NCBI GenBank assembly: GCA_002269645.1
Contig: NIVC01002083.1
Location: forward strand, 1 to 25,875
Origin: Macrostomum lignano
Lineage: Eukaryota
Direction: 5' to 3'
DNA: 25,875 bases
Made by a program: the position numbers and the translations under genes. Below are positions 1-9,869 of the stretch, in pieces (position 1 is the first letter of the stretch; every line of letters begins with the position of its first letter). The notes under the pieces were generated by a model, which saw only the letters and a list, made by a program, of their open reading frames with translations, searched no databases and was not told the origin of the DNA.

Positions 1-1312
1 AGTATGATAAATTAGCAAGTTTCCTGTTTGTTTTGTGATTTTATTTTCAGTTTGAATTGCTGCCACAACATAGTACCTTTACTCTAAGCACTAGGTATAG
101 CACTTTATAGATAAGTAAATAGAGCAATGGTAGAATGGTAAATAGATAAATAAGGCAATAGGGGTAATAGATAAAGCAGTAGATTAGAGCTAAAGGCTAG
201 AGGATTTTCCAATACTATTTCCTATCATTTTTGGCCATAGATATCATTTTCTACCATGGCATTATATTGCAACACTGATTCAAATTTGAAATAATATTAG
301 GAAACATATTGGAAGATTGGTATAACCACAATATCATGATTATAAATAGTCAATTGCAAATATTGACTTTTTTGAGATTTTGAAACCAAGATTGAGATTT
401 TTAAAAATGCCAAGAACTTGACAATCAAGATTCAGATTTTGTCCAAGCCTTACCATATTTAAAAGTCTATATTATATGTACCATTTAGTTATAAAAAAAA
501 TCAGTTGCTTATAGTTGCTATAAGACTAGATTGCAATTTGCAACTATTTTATCTGACTGGGTTGCAAATCTTATGAATGGATTTTATTAATTGCGATTTT
601 TAAGAAAATGAAATATATAAATTTCATCATTTTTTGTTTTAGCTTTATTAATTATCTTGCAAGTTGTATTTATAATTTTTTAAACATTTTTAAAAATATA
701 TTTATATATTAACTACAATTTAAACTTAGACTAAAAGTAAACTTGCAAAATAGTTTTGCCATAGTTACAGTTATAGCAATTGGATCCTATAGCAAATATG
801 GTAAAATAAGTGCCTATGGCAGCTACATAGTAAATAGCTGCTCATATGGCTATAACTGCAGATTTATAGTAATTGCAGTCACATTCTGTTGATCTTATAG
901 CCATAGTTATGAATAAAGAAATAAAAACAAGTAGAGTAAAACAAAGATACTTAGGTAAACTGTATCATAGATTTAAAAACTTATAAATTATACCTAATAA
1001 AGTCAATAAAACAACACTAAATTCTAACTTACGTTAATGTAAAAAGTTTAGTAATAATACTTTAAGTAGTGATTTAGTATTGTTACTCTTTGTAAGATAA
1101 ATAGAACAAGATATAAGAAATTTTACAAGGGCAATCAAGTATTTATTTAAGTTTATACTTCAATTTACAGTCTTTTAAGTTTTAGGTTATCTTACTGATT
1201 TAAATTAATTTATTTCCTATACTTTCTGGCAAAAATGGCTACAAGAACTATAGGAATATAGTAATATTGGGGTCTTTATAGCTATGGAAATTTGTTATAT
1301 TGTTTTTGTTTA

Positions 1313-1560
1313 TCTAATCCAATATACTAAAAATCAAGACTATGTACCTACCTACCTATATATGTATAGGAACTTAGGAATAGGAATAGGAACCTTCTAA
1401 TATACTAAAAATGAAAATCTTGCTTGCTTGTATATGGGCAATCAATTATCTCCAGAACGGCTTAACCGATTTTTGCCATTTCTTCACCAAAAGATGTCAA
1501 ATGTGCCCAGGATGGTACATGCATTTTTATTAAGCTCTAGCTCATTGCTAATGGGATTAA
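1313..1560 (+). mobile_element. Probable non-autonomous Helitron 5' terminus, present as two nested copies (TC starts at 1313 and 1396)
   Basis: A^TCTAATCCAATATACTAAAAAT is followed by (CCTA)n, then TCTAATATACTAAAAATGAAAAT is followed by (CTTG)n and CTCCAGAACGGCTTAACCGATTT. This layout (TC start, TATACTAAAAAT, short 4-bp microsatellite, GAACGGCT..ACCGATTT box) matches from memory the 5' ends of invertebrate non-autonomous Helitrons. No clear hairpin+CTRR 3' end was located and no database search was possible. Confidence 0.5.
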
Positions 1561-1662
1561 ATATTCGAATAACTGTTTTAAATGGCCTTTTTAGTGTATA
1601 GTGCCTTCAGTGCCTTTTTTATCAGCCTGTGCGCTGCAAGAAACTTAATAGCCAATTTAATT

Positions 1663-4353
1663 GCTCCAGCCTAGTGTTGTTCTAGCTACAGTCCAGTGCA
1701 ATTCTAGCTCCAGCCTAGTGTTATTCTAGCTACAGTCCAGTGCAATTCTAGCTCCAGTCTAATGCCATTCTAGCTCCAGTCCAGTGCCATTCTAGCTCCA
1801 GCCTAGTGTTGTTCTAGCTACAGTCCAGTGCAATTCTAGCTCCAGCCTAGTGTTATTCTAGCTACAGTCCAGTGCCATTCTAGCTCCAGCCTAGTGTTGT
1901 TCTAGCTACAGTCCAGTGCAATTCTAGCTCCAGCCTAGTGTTATTCTAGCTACAGTCCAGTGCCATTCTAGCTCCAGCCTAGTGTTGTTCTAGCTACAGT
2001 CCAGTGCAATTCTAGCTCCAGCCTAGTGTTGTTCTAGCTACAGTCCAGTGCCATTCTAGCTCCAGCCTAGTGTTGTTCTAGCTACAGTCCAGTGCCATTC
2101 TAGCTCCAGCCTAGTGTTTTTCTAGCTACAGTCCAGTGCAATTCTAGCTCCAGCCTAGTGTTGTTCTAGCTACAGTCCAGTGCAATTCTAGCTCCAGCCT
2201 AGTGTTGTTCTAGCTACAGTCCAGTGCAATTCTAGCTCCAGCCTAGTGTTGTTCTAGCTACAGTCCAGTGCCATTCTAGCTCCAGCCTAGTGTTTTTCTA
2301 GCTACAGTCCAGTGCCATTCTAGCTCCAGCCTAGTGTTGTTCTAGCTACAGTCCAGTGCCATTCTAGCTCCAGCCTAGTGTTGTTCTAGCTACAGTCCAG
2401 TGCCATTCTAGCTCCAGCCTAGTGCCATTCTAGCTCCAGCCTAGTGCCATTCTAGCTCCAGTCTAGTGTTTTTCTAGCTACAGTCCAGTGCCATTCTAGC
2501 TCCAGCCTAGTGTTATTCTAGCTACAGTCCAGTGCAATTCTAGCTCCAGCCTAGTGTTGTTCTAGCTACAGTCCAGTGCCATTCTAGCTCCAGCCTAGTG
2601 TTGTTCTAGCTACAGTCTAGTGCCATTCTAGCTCTATAGTCCAGTGCAATTCTAGCTCCAGCCTAGTGTTTTTCTAGCTACAGTCCAGTGCCATTCTAGC
2701 TCTAGTCTAATGCCATTCTAGCTCTACAGTCTAGTGCCATTCTAGCTCCAGTCTAATACCATTCTAGCTACAGTCTAGTGCCATTCTAGCTACAGTCTAA
2801 TGCCATTCTAGCTCTACAGTCTAGTGCCATTCTAGCTCTACAGTCTAGTGCCATTCTAGCTCCAGTCTAGTGCCATTCTAGCTCTACAGTCTAGTGCCAT
2901 TCTAGCTCTACAGTCTAGTGCCATTCTAGCTACAGTCTAGTGCCATTCTAGCTCTACAGTCTAGTGCCATTCTAGCTCTACAGTCTAGTGCCATTCTAGC
3001 TACAGTCCAGTGCCATTCTAGCTCCAGTCTAGTGTTTTTCTAGCTACAGTCCAGTGCAATTCTAGCTCCAGCCTAGTGTTATTCTAGCTACAGTCCAGTG
3101 CCATTCTAGCTCCAGCCTAGTGTTGTTCTAGCTCTACAGTCTAGTGCCATTCTAGCTCCAGTCTAGTGCCATTCTAGCTCCAGTCTAGTGCCATTCTAGC
3201 TCTACAGTCTAGTGCCATTCTAGCTCTACAGTCCAGTGCCATTCTAGCTCCAGCCTAGTGTTATTCTAGCTACAGTCCAGTGCCATTCTAGCTCCAGCCT
3301 AGTGTTGTTCTAGCTACAGTCCAGTGCAATTCTAGCTCCAGCCTAGTGTTATTCTAGCTACAGTCCAGTGCCATTCTAGCTCCAGCCTAGTGTTGTTCTA
3401 GCTACAGTCCAGTGCAATTCTAGCTCCAGCCTAGTGTTGTTCTAGCTACAGTCCAGTGCCATTCTAGCTCCAGCCTAGTGTTGTTCTAGCTACAGTCCAG
3501 TGCCATTCTAGCTCCAGCCTAGTGTTTTTCTAGCTACAGTCCAGTGCCATTCTAGCTCCAGCCTAGTGTTTTTCTAGCTACAGTCCAGTGCCATTCTAGC
3601 TCCAGCCTAGTGTTGTTCTAGCTACAGTCCAGTGCCATTCTAGCTCCAGTCTAGTGTTTTTCTAGCTACAGTCCAGTGCAATTCTAGCTCCAGCCTAGTG
3701 TTATTCTAGCTACAGTCCAGTGCCATTCTAGCTCCAGCCTAGTGTTGTTCTAGCTCTACAGTCTAGTGCCATTCTAGCTCCAGTCTAGTGCCATTCTAGC
3801 TCCAGTCTAGTGCCATTCTAGCTCTACAGCCTAGTGTTGTTCTAGCTCTACAGTCTAGTGCCATTCTAGCTCCAGTCTAGTGCCATTCTAGCTCCAGTCT
3901 AGTGCCATTCTAGCTCTACAGTCTAGTGCCATTCTAGCTCTATAGTCCAGTGCAATTCTAGCTCCAGCCTAGTGTTTTTCTAGCTACAGTCCAGTGCCAT
4001 TCTAGCTCTAGTCTAATGCCATTCTAGCTCTACAGTCTAGTGCCATTCTAGCTCTACAGTCTAGTGCCATTCTAGCTCCAGTCTAGTGCCATTCTAGCTC
4101 TACAGTCTAGTGCCATTCTAGCTCTACAGTCTAGTGCCATTCTAGCTACAGTCTAGTGCCATTCTAGCTCTACAGTCTAGTGCCATTCTAGCTACAGTCT
4201 AGTGCCATTCTAGCTCTACAGTCTAGTGCCATTCTAGCTCTACAGTCTAGTGCCATTCTAGCTCCAGTCTAGTGCCATTCTAGCTCCAGTCTAGTGCCAT
4301 TCTAGCTCTACAGTCTAGTGCCATTCTAGCTCCAGTCTAGTGCCATTCTAGCT
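1663..4353. repeat. About 2.7 kb minisatellite, 22-bp monomers forming a 44-bp dimer (CCAGCCTAGTGTTGTTCTAGCT + ACAGTCCAGTGCCATTCTAGCT), with 24-bp variant blocks
   Basis: Read directly. Recurrent CTAG places stops on both strands, consistent with the absence of ORFs here in the track. Confidence 0.97.
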
Positions 4354-4510
4354 TGCTATTTATTTATTTTCGCTATTAACATTTACTTATTCATGCCAGT
4401 TGGCCAGGCCTGCTGAGACAGGCATTGTCGAGGACCAGGGACAATTTCTTTGACCGTCAATTATTTAGGGGTTATTATCTTGTGGTGTAGATAATTAAAT
4501 TAACGCAAAG

Positions 4511-5056
4511 ATGTCTCAGGGAGCCATGCCTTACCTGGGCAGCCGGATTAGCCTAATCTCCAAGGCGGCAATCCGATACGAGGGTACCCTGTACACCATC
4601 GACACGGTGGAGTCCACCGTGGCCCTGTCAAAAGTGAAGTCATTTGGCACCGAGGACCGGCCGTGCGATAGGCCGGTGCCGCCCCGGGACGAGGTGTACG
4701 AGTACATCATCTTTCGCGGTAGCGACATCAGCGACTTGCACGTGTGCGAGCCGCCCAAGCCGAGCGGCGGTCTGGTGCAGCAGGACCCGGCAATTGTGAA
4801 GATTGACACCAAGCCCAGCACGCCACCGCCGCCGCCCGGCTACCCGCGGATGCCCACACAGCCGCCGAATGTCACCTCCCCGGGTGTGCCACCGCAGACT
4901 TCCATGCCTCCGCCGCCGCTGCCGCCTCAGCATCAGCAGCAGCAGCAGCAGCAGCAGTTCTCCAATGCTGCTGGACCGATGGCTTCGGCCCGAGGGCCGC
5001 CCCCAATGTCGCAGCCGCCTATGGGCTCGGGTGGACCGTTAGGCATCAGCAAAATG
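4511..5056 (+). CDS. LSM14: LSM14 (RAP55/Trailer hitch/CAR-1/Scd6 family) exon 1: N-terminal Lsm domain plus Pro/Gln-rich linker
   Basis: [45 protein letters not shown]...[22 protein letters not shown] closely matches the LSM14A N-terminus as recalled. Phase-0 donor ATG|GTGAGT at 5057. Confidence 0.96.
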
Positions 5057-5425
5057 GTGAGTTGTCGCTGAGGAGCTAAGTCACTTTAAACTAATTCTAA
5101 GTAAATCCCCCAGGTCCCCAATATCCCCAAGTCAATCCCCCAGCTCCCCATGTCCCCAAGCTGATACCTCAGCTCCCCAAAATCCTTAATTTAATCCCCA
5201 AGCTTATATCGCAATCGCAATATCACCAAGCTTACAACAAAGCTCTCCAAAGTTTCTAAATAAATATTGTTAAGTCTTAAAGCCCCATGATATCCTCGAA
5301 TAGTCCGGCCCCAATGTTCCCTTGGGCTAATTGCTAAAACTCTTCAACAAACTTTGAATTTCTAAAGTTCCAAATTCCATCTTCGAACTAAAGCAACCCA
5401 TTTTTATAAATCTGATTTCGAGCAG

Positions 5426-6643
5426 TTCGGCAGCTCGGGCGGTCCACCGCAGCTGCCGCCACCGTCAATGGCTAGCATTGTAAGCCAACCGCCGCCTCCG
5501 CAGCCGATGCCCCGCCAGCAGCAGCAGCAAAATGCCCGGTCTAACCAAGGCCCGCCTCCGCCAATGAACAATCAGCAGATGATGCACCAGCAGCATCACC
5601 AGCAGCAGCAGCCATCAAGTGTGCCACCAGGTGGACATCAGCGGGGACGCCAGGACCAGCAGCAGCACCAGCAGCAGCAACGCCAGCCTCAGCAGCATCA
5701 GCGCGGCGAATACAGCGGCGGTGGCAACTTTGAGAATCGCAGGCCTGACACTGGCCCAACTCGCTACCAGAATCAGCACCAGCAGCAGCAGCAGCAGCAT
5801 TCGATGGGCTCAGTCGAGTTTCGTCGAGGCCGCGGAGGCGGTGGCGGCTTCCGTGACGGCGGCAGCGGCGGTGGCTTCCGTGACGGCGGCGGCGGTGGCT
5901 TCCGTGACGGCGGCGGCAGTGGCTTCCGTGGCGGCGGTGGCTTCCGTGGCGGCGGCGGCGGTGGCGGAGGCTTCCGCGGCGGTGGAGGCGGTGGCTTCCG
6001 CGGTGGCGGCGGCCCGATGCCAATAGGCGGCGGCTTCCGTCGGCCCATCGGCTATCGCGGCGGCCACGGCGGCGGAATCGGACGGCCGATGCCTCCGCAG
6101 AGCTTTGGCGGCGGCGGAGGCGGCGGGCCGCCCCGCTCAGGCAGCGGCGTGAAGTTCGAAGGCGACTACGATTTCGAATCGGCGAACGAAGACCTGGCTA
6201 AGGAGTTGCAGAAAATCTCCGTGTCTGGCGCCGATTCCGACGCCGGCGAGGACGGCGGCAACGACAGCGGCGGCGGCAACGCAGCCGGCGACGCCGCGTC
6301 GAATGAAGGCGACGAGGCTGGCGGCTACAACAAGTCCAAGTCGTTCTTCGACAACATCAGCTCGGAGGCTGTGGACAGGGGCAGCGCCGGAGGCAGCGGA
6401 GGTGGCAGGCCGAACTGGCGAGAGGAGCGCAAGCTCAACACGGAGACTTTCGGGCACGTGCCCCGTAACCATCACCATGGCAACTTCCGCGGCGGCCGAG
6501 GCGGAGGTCGCGGCTTTGCCAGGGGCTACTCGGGCCCGCCTGGCCGCATTGGTGGCTACAATAACAGCTTCGGCGGCAGGGGCGGATACGGCGGGGGCGG
6601 CGGCTTCAATCGCGGGGGCGGACGCGGGGGCGGCGGCTGGTAA
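5426..6643 (+). CDS. LSM14: LSM14 exon 2: Q-rich region, RGG region, FDF-type, FFD and TFG boxes, C-terminal RGG, stop TAA. Full protein 587 aa
   Basis: Phase-0 acceptor CAG at 5423-5425, with an in-frame NAGNAG alternative AG at 5421-5422. KFEGDYDFESAN (6152-6187), YNKSKSFFDNIS (from 6326) and RPNWREERKLNTETFG (to 6454) are the family motifs in the canonical order. Confidence 0.95.
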   Translation, partial: FGSSGGPPQLPPPSMASIVSQPPPPQPMPRQQQQQNARSNQGPPPPMNNQQMMHQQHHQQQQPSSVPPGGHQRGRQDQQQHQQQQRQPQQHQRGEYSGGGNFENRRPDTGPTRYQNQHQQQQQQHSMGSVEFRRGRGGGGGFRDGGSGGGFRDGGGGGFRDGGGSGFRGGGGFRGGGGGGGGFRGGGGGGFRGGGGPMPIGGGFRRPIGYRGGHGGGIGRPMPPQSFGGGGGGGPPRSGSGVKFEGDYDFESANEDLAKELQKISVSGADSDAGEDGGNDSGGGNAAGDAASNEGDEAGGYNKSKSFFDNISSEAVDRGSAGGSGGGRPNWREERKLNTETFGHVPRNHHHGNFRGGRGGGRGFARGYSGPPGRIGGYNNSFGGRGGYGGGGGFNRGGGRGGGGW

Positions 6644-7731
6644 AAGGGGCAACCGGCAGCTCAGAGTTGGCAGAAGAACATCGGTGCTCTCTTGCTCTCA
6701 CAGACAGACTGACATTGGAATGAATGAAGAGAGAACTTATTTAAAAGCAGAGACTCGTTGGCTATTGCAACAAATGGAGAATTCAGTCGTATAAAAATCA
6801 GCAGCTATTAGATATCGATAATTAGCGAGTGAAAAAATCATAACTTTGAAGCCCTGCTTGTTTTCCTATTGTCTGACCAAATAGTTCTCGTATAGAGTAT
6901 TAAATATTCAAGTAATTTAATTAAATAACTCTATTTCGTTGGACAATTGTTAATTTATTATATAACCACACTATTATTGTTTGTCATGTACATTTAGACT
7001 TGGTCGCTTGCTAAATAATTTGAGTTCGCGCGTCTACACTGTGTGAGATTGCCCCGGTTTTTTATACAAGTCCGTACTGTACTTTTATTGACTATTTCAT
7101 ACGTAGTCAGCATTCAATTGCGTGATGATGAGTATAATGTTAGTCTGCCCGGTTCCTCTGTCTCCGAATTAGCGCTACTAATTGCTGTCCATCTGAGCTG
7201 AGCTGCAATTCCCCCCCCCCTTCCCAACTCAAAGTTATCTGTTTACTCATTAATTTTTGGCCTGTTTGTTTTGCTGCATTTCCTGTGCTATTGTTATATT
7301 ACTATTACTAATTATAATTACTGTTTATCATACATAATTCCACATCCCCGCCTCTCTCAGCTCTTGGCGCGTCTCCAATGCTTGGGAAATGTTTCAAGTT
7401 TCAACAGAAGCGGTAATGGTCGGTTTTGTACCAGCGAATTTTGATTTAAATCCAATTAAAATATCCAAATAAACTAGAAGGGGGCTTTGAAGTTTCATAC
7501 CAGAAAAGGATAAAAAACTTTCCTGTTCAAATCTGCGGCCGCGCTGTAATTGCATTCTGTTGGTGTTATTTTTATTTGAGTCAACTAGTGCTATCATAAT
7601 ATGAGAATTATACAGTCGCATTAGACAGAATTAAAGCAATTTTAATGCGATAAACAATCTCTGAAAAACCAATAATGATTTAGGAAATGTATTAATTGTA
7701 ATACAAAATATTAGCAATGGTGGCACCATTA

Positions 7732-8030
7732 ATTGATCTGTGCAATGGACATCGGGTCCTCAGCTACCCATTTTGATCTGTGCAATGGACATCGGGTCCC
7801 TAGATACCCAAATTGATCCGTGCAATGGACATCGGGTCCCTAGATACCCAAATTGATCTGTGCAATGGACATCGGGTCCTCAGCTACCCAAATTGATCTG
7901 TGCAATGGGCATCGGGTCCTCAGCTACCCATATTGATCTGTGCAATGGACATCGGGTCCTCAAATACCTATACATTGATCTGTGCAATGGGCATCGGGTC
8001 CTCAGATACCCATATTGATCTGTGTAGTGG
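7732..8030. repeat. 40-bp tandem repeat (ATTGATCTGTGCAATGGACATCGGGTCCTCAGCTACCCAA), about 7.5 copies, between the convergent LSM14 and COMMD2 3' ends
   Basis: Read directly. It explains the short ORFs 7900..8082 and 7982..8209. Confidence 0.95.
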
Positions 8031-8186
8031 ACCCTCTGTCTTTTCACCAATTATTCCTACCCTCCACAGAGCCACAGAATAAGCTATTAAAATCCGCAGA
8101 CTATAACGAATCAATAACAGTCAATTATTGCTGGATAACTAGAAATAGCGTGATAAGGAATCATGCGAATGTTTTGAAGGCTTGGT

Positions 8187-8192
8187 TTTATT
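8187..8192 (-). promoter_or_regulatory. Likely polyadenylation signal (AATAAA) of COMMD2
   Basis: TTTATT on the + strand, 17 nt downstream of the COMMD2 TAG stop on the - strand. Confidence 0.5.
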
Positions 8193-8209
8193 GTAGGCCT
8201 GTACAGTGA

Positions 8210-8738
8210 CTACTTCACGTAGCGCACGATTCGCTGAGCGTGATTCGTCTGTCCAGCAGTTAGAGCAGCCTCCAGACTCTCAACAAGATGTCGCAGATTG
8301 TTGGGGTCAGTCTGCAGCCAGTGGCTGGTGCGGCGGCCGTCAGCTGATTGCGTGACCAGGTGCAGTTTCAGCAGGGGACAATTTGATCGCCCAGACAACG
8401 AGAAGCGATTTCAACATCGAATCGCCAGCGAAGGGAGTGAAATGCTGGCAGAGACTGTTGGCTGGTGGGCCTAGACGATCTCATTGAAGGTGCTGTTGGT
8501 TGGCATGGTGACAGGGCTAGAGCAGCCGAATCCAGGTGAGCCAAGTGATCTCGCAGAGCAGCTTGATTGGCTGCTGTGTGAGCAGCAATTCCTGAGGCTA
8601 CACCTGCAGGCGCCCCACACAGCAAGAGGCACTCTTCGACCTCTTTGGTCTCACAGGAAAGCCTGGCTGAGGTCTCGAGCAGCAGTGACAGGCAGTCAAT
8701 GAGGCGCTGCATCTCAGCCTTGTCAATTTGGCATTTGC
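8210..8738 (-). CDS. COMMD2: COMMD2 exon 3 (end of helical domain plus COMM domain), interrupted by a frameshift at about 8374-8377
   Basis: Acceptor TTTTCAG ends at 8739. KCQIDKAEMQRLIDCLSLLLETSARL aligns to human KLNVSSDTVQHGVEGLTYLLTESSKL. LPAFHSLRWRFDVEIASRCLGDQIVP aligns to LPSYHNLEWRLDVQLASRSLRQQIKP. In a different frame, KLHL...WLQTDPNNLRHLVESLEAAL...TNHAQRIVRYVK* aligns to KLHL...LQTDPATLLHLVQQLEQAL...TNHCRRVVRNIK. Human sequences are recalled from memory. Confidence 0.88.
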
Positions 8739-8843
8739 CTGAAAATTTTTATTATATGAGTATACTATCTTTACTTGATTCAAAATTTCTATGTAAAAAA
8801 ACTTTTAAAATGTTTTTTCTTTCAAACAAGCAAAATCACTCAC

Positions 8844-8921
8844 TTGCTGCATTTGCAATCAATTTTGGATTGAGTTTTGATGAAAATGTCGACTCTGCCA
8901 TGCTGCATAGCTCTTCAATTA
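8844..8921 (-). CDS. COMMD2: COMMD2 exon 2 (78 nt, phase 1-1), not in the ORF track
   Basis: TTTTAG acceptor and GTGAGT donor. (V)IEELCSMAESTFSSKLNPKLIANAA(S) aligns ungapped to human VVAEFGRIAVEFLRRGANPKIYEGAAR and joins exon 3 in frame. Confidence 0.82.
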
Positions 8922-9103
8922 CTAAAATGAAAAAATAATTAAAACAATGGTCTTTATTTCAAATTCAAATTGATGTTTTATTTTATATGCTTTGGCAGAA
9001 AATGTGTCAATAAACTCAGCAACTTTAAATTGTAATTAAATATATTTTTGGAATTTTGTGAGTCTTAAAATTGGTTAAGTCAGTTTACCAATTACTAACT
9101 TAC

Positions 9104-9185
9104 CTTCATGAGAAGCAAACGATTCCAACACAGTTTGAAAGGATGCATTAAATAACTTAATTGAAACCTGCTGATATAGTTTCAT
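9104..9185 (-). CDS. COMMD2: COMMD2 putative first coding exon (82 nt, MKLYQQVSIKLFNASFQTVLESFASHE)
   Basis: Open frame from the ATG at 9185 to a G|GTAAGT donor (intron begins 9103) in the phase 1 required by exon 2. Length is similar to the vertebrate first exon, but amino-acid similarity is weak. Confidence 0.6.
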
Positions 9186-9869
9186 TTCCACTAAAAAGAA
9201 TTATCGATCACAAAAACTGCAGAATTATTTAAAGCTAGAGTCGTTATGACCTTAACGATTACAAAATTTTGGCTGCAAATCCAGTTGATTTGACGATACA
9301 AGATACATTTAAAAAGCCATGCAATTTCTAGAAAGAGCAGCTTTTGAAGTGAGGGTTATTATTTTTTTTAAAGCCAAAACTTATTTTTTAGTTATTACAG
9401 AGTGCTTTTTTTATAATACTTTTAAGAGAAGAATTTAAAAGTTATCTTTTTTTATTTTATTAGAAAACTTTGTTTGTATACGTGAAATGATTATTTGATT
9501 TGTCTATATTTAGTTCTTTCTAAGAACCTGCTCTGATCTTTATACCAAACTTATTAAGGCTGCGTTTTAATATTAACCTAAATGACCTGATACGGCCAAA
9601 GATTTAAGTTTCAAAGAAAGGCGAAAAACGAAGCAATATCTCTGTATGGTTTCATTTAATAGCATAGGTTACTATTACTATTTTTGCTAATATGGTTCAT
9701 TTTATTTCGTACTGTCTCCACTGATCCCAACCTTTAATTAAAAAACCGATTAAATTCTACTAGGCCGGCATTAGCTGTACGAAACCACTCACCACTGTTC
9801 CTAATTAAAACATCATTTAAGCAAGCCAGTTATTTATTTTTCGCTTTGCAGAGCTTCTGCATAACATAA

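Noticed and set aside
1321-1334. ATATACTAAAA match to the 5' region of U6 snRNA
   Set aside because: Only about 11 nt match and the flanking U6 sequence is absent. It is better explained as a Helitron-type terminus.
4531-6794. Overlapping antisense and alternative-frame ORFs over LSM14
   Set aside because: They are shadow ORFs expected from GC-rich, stop-poor coding sequence, and only the LSM14 frame has conserved motifs.
7394-7621. 75-aa minus-strand ORF between LSM14 and COMMD2
   Set aside because: It is AT-rich, has no recognisable similarity or exon signals, and lies past the COMMD2 stop and poly(A) signal.
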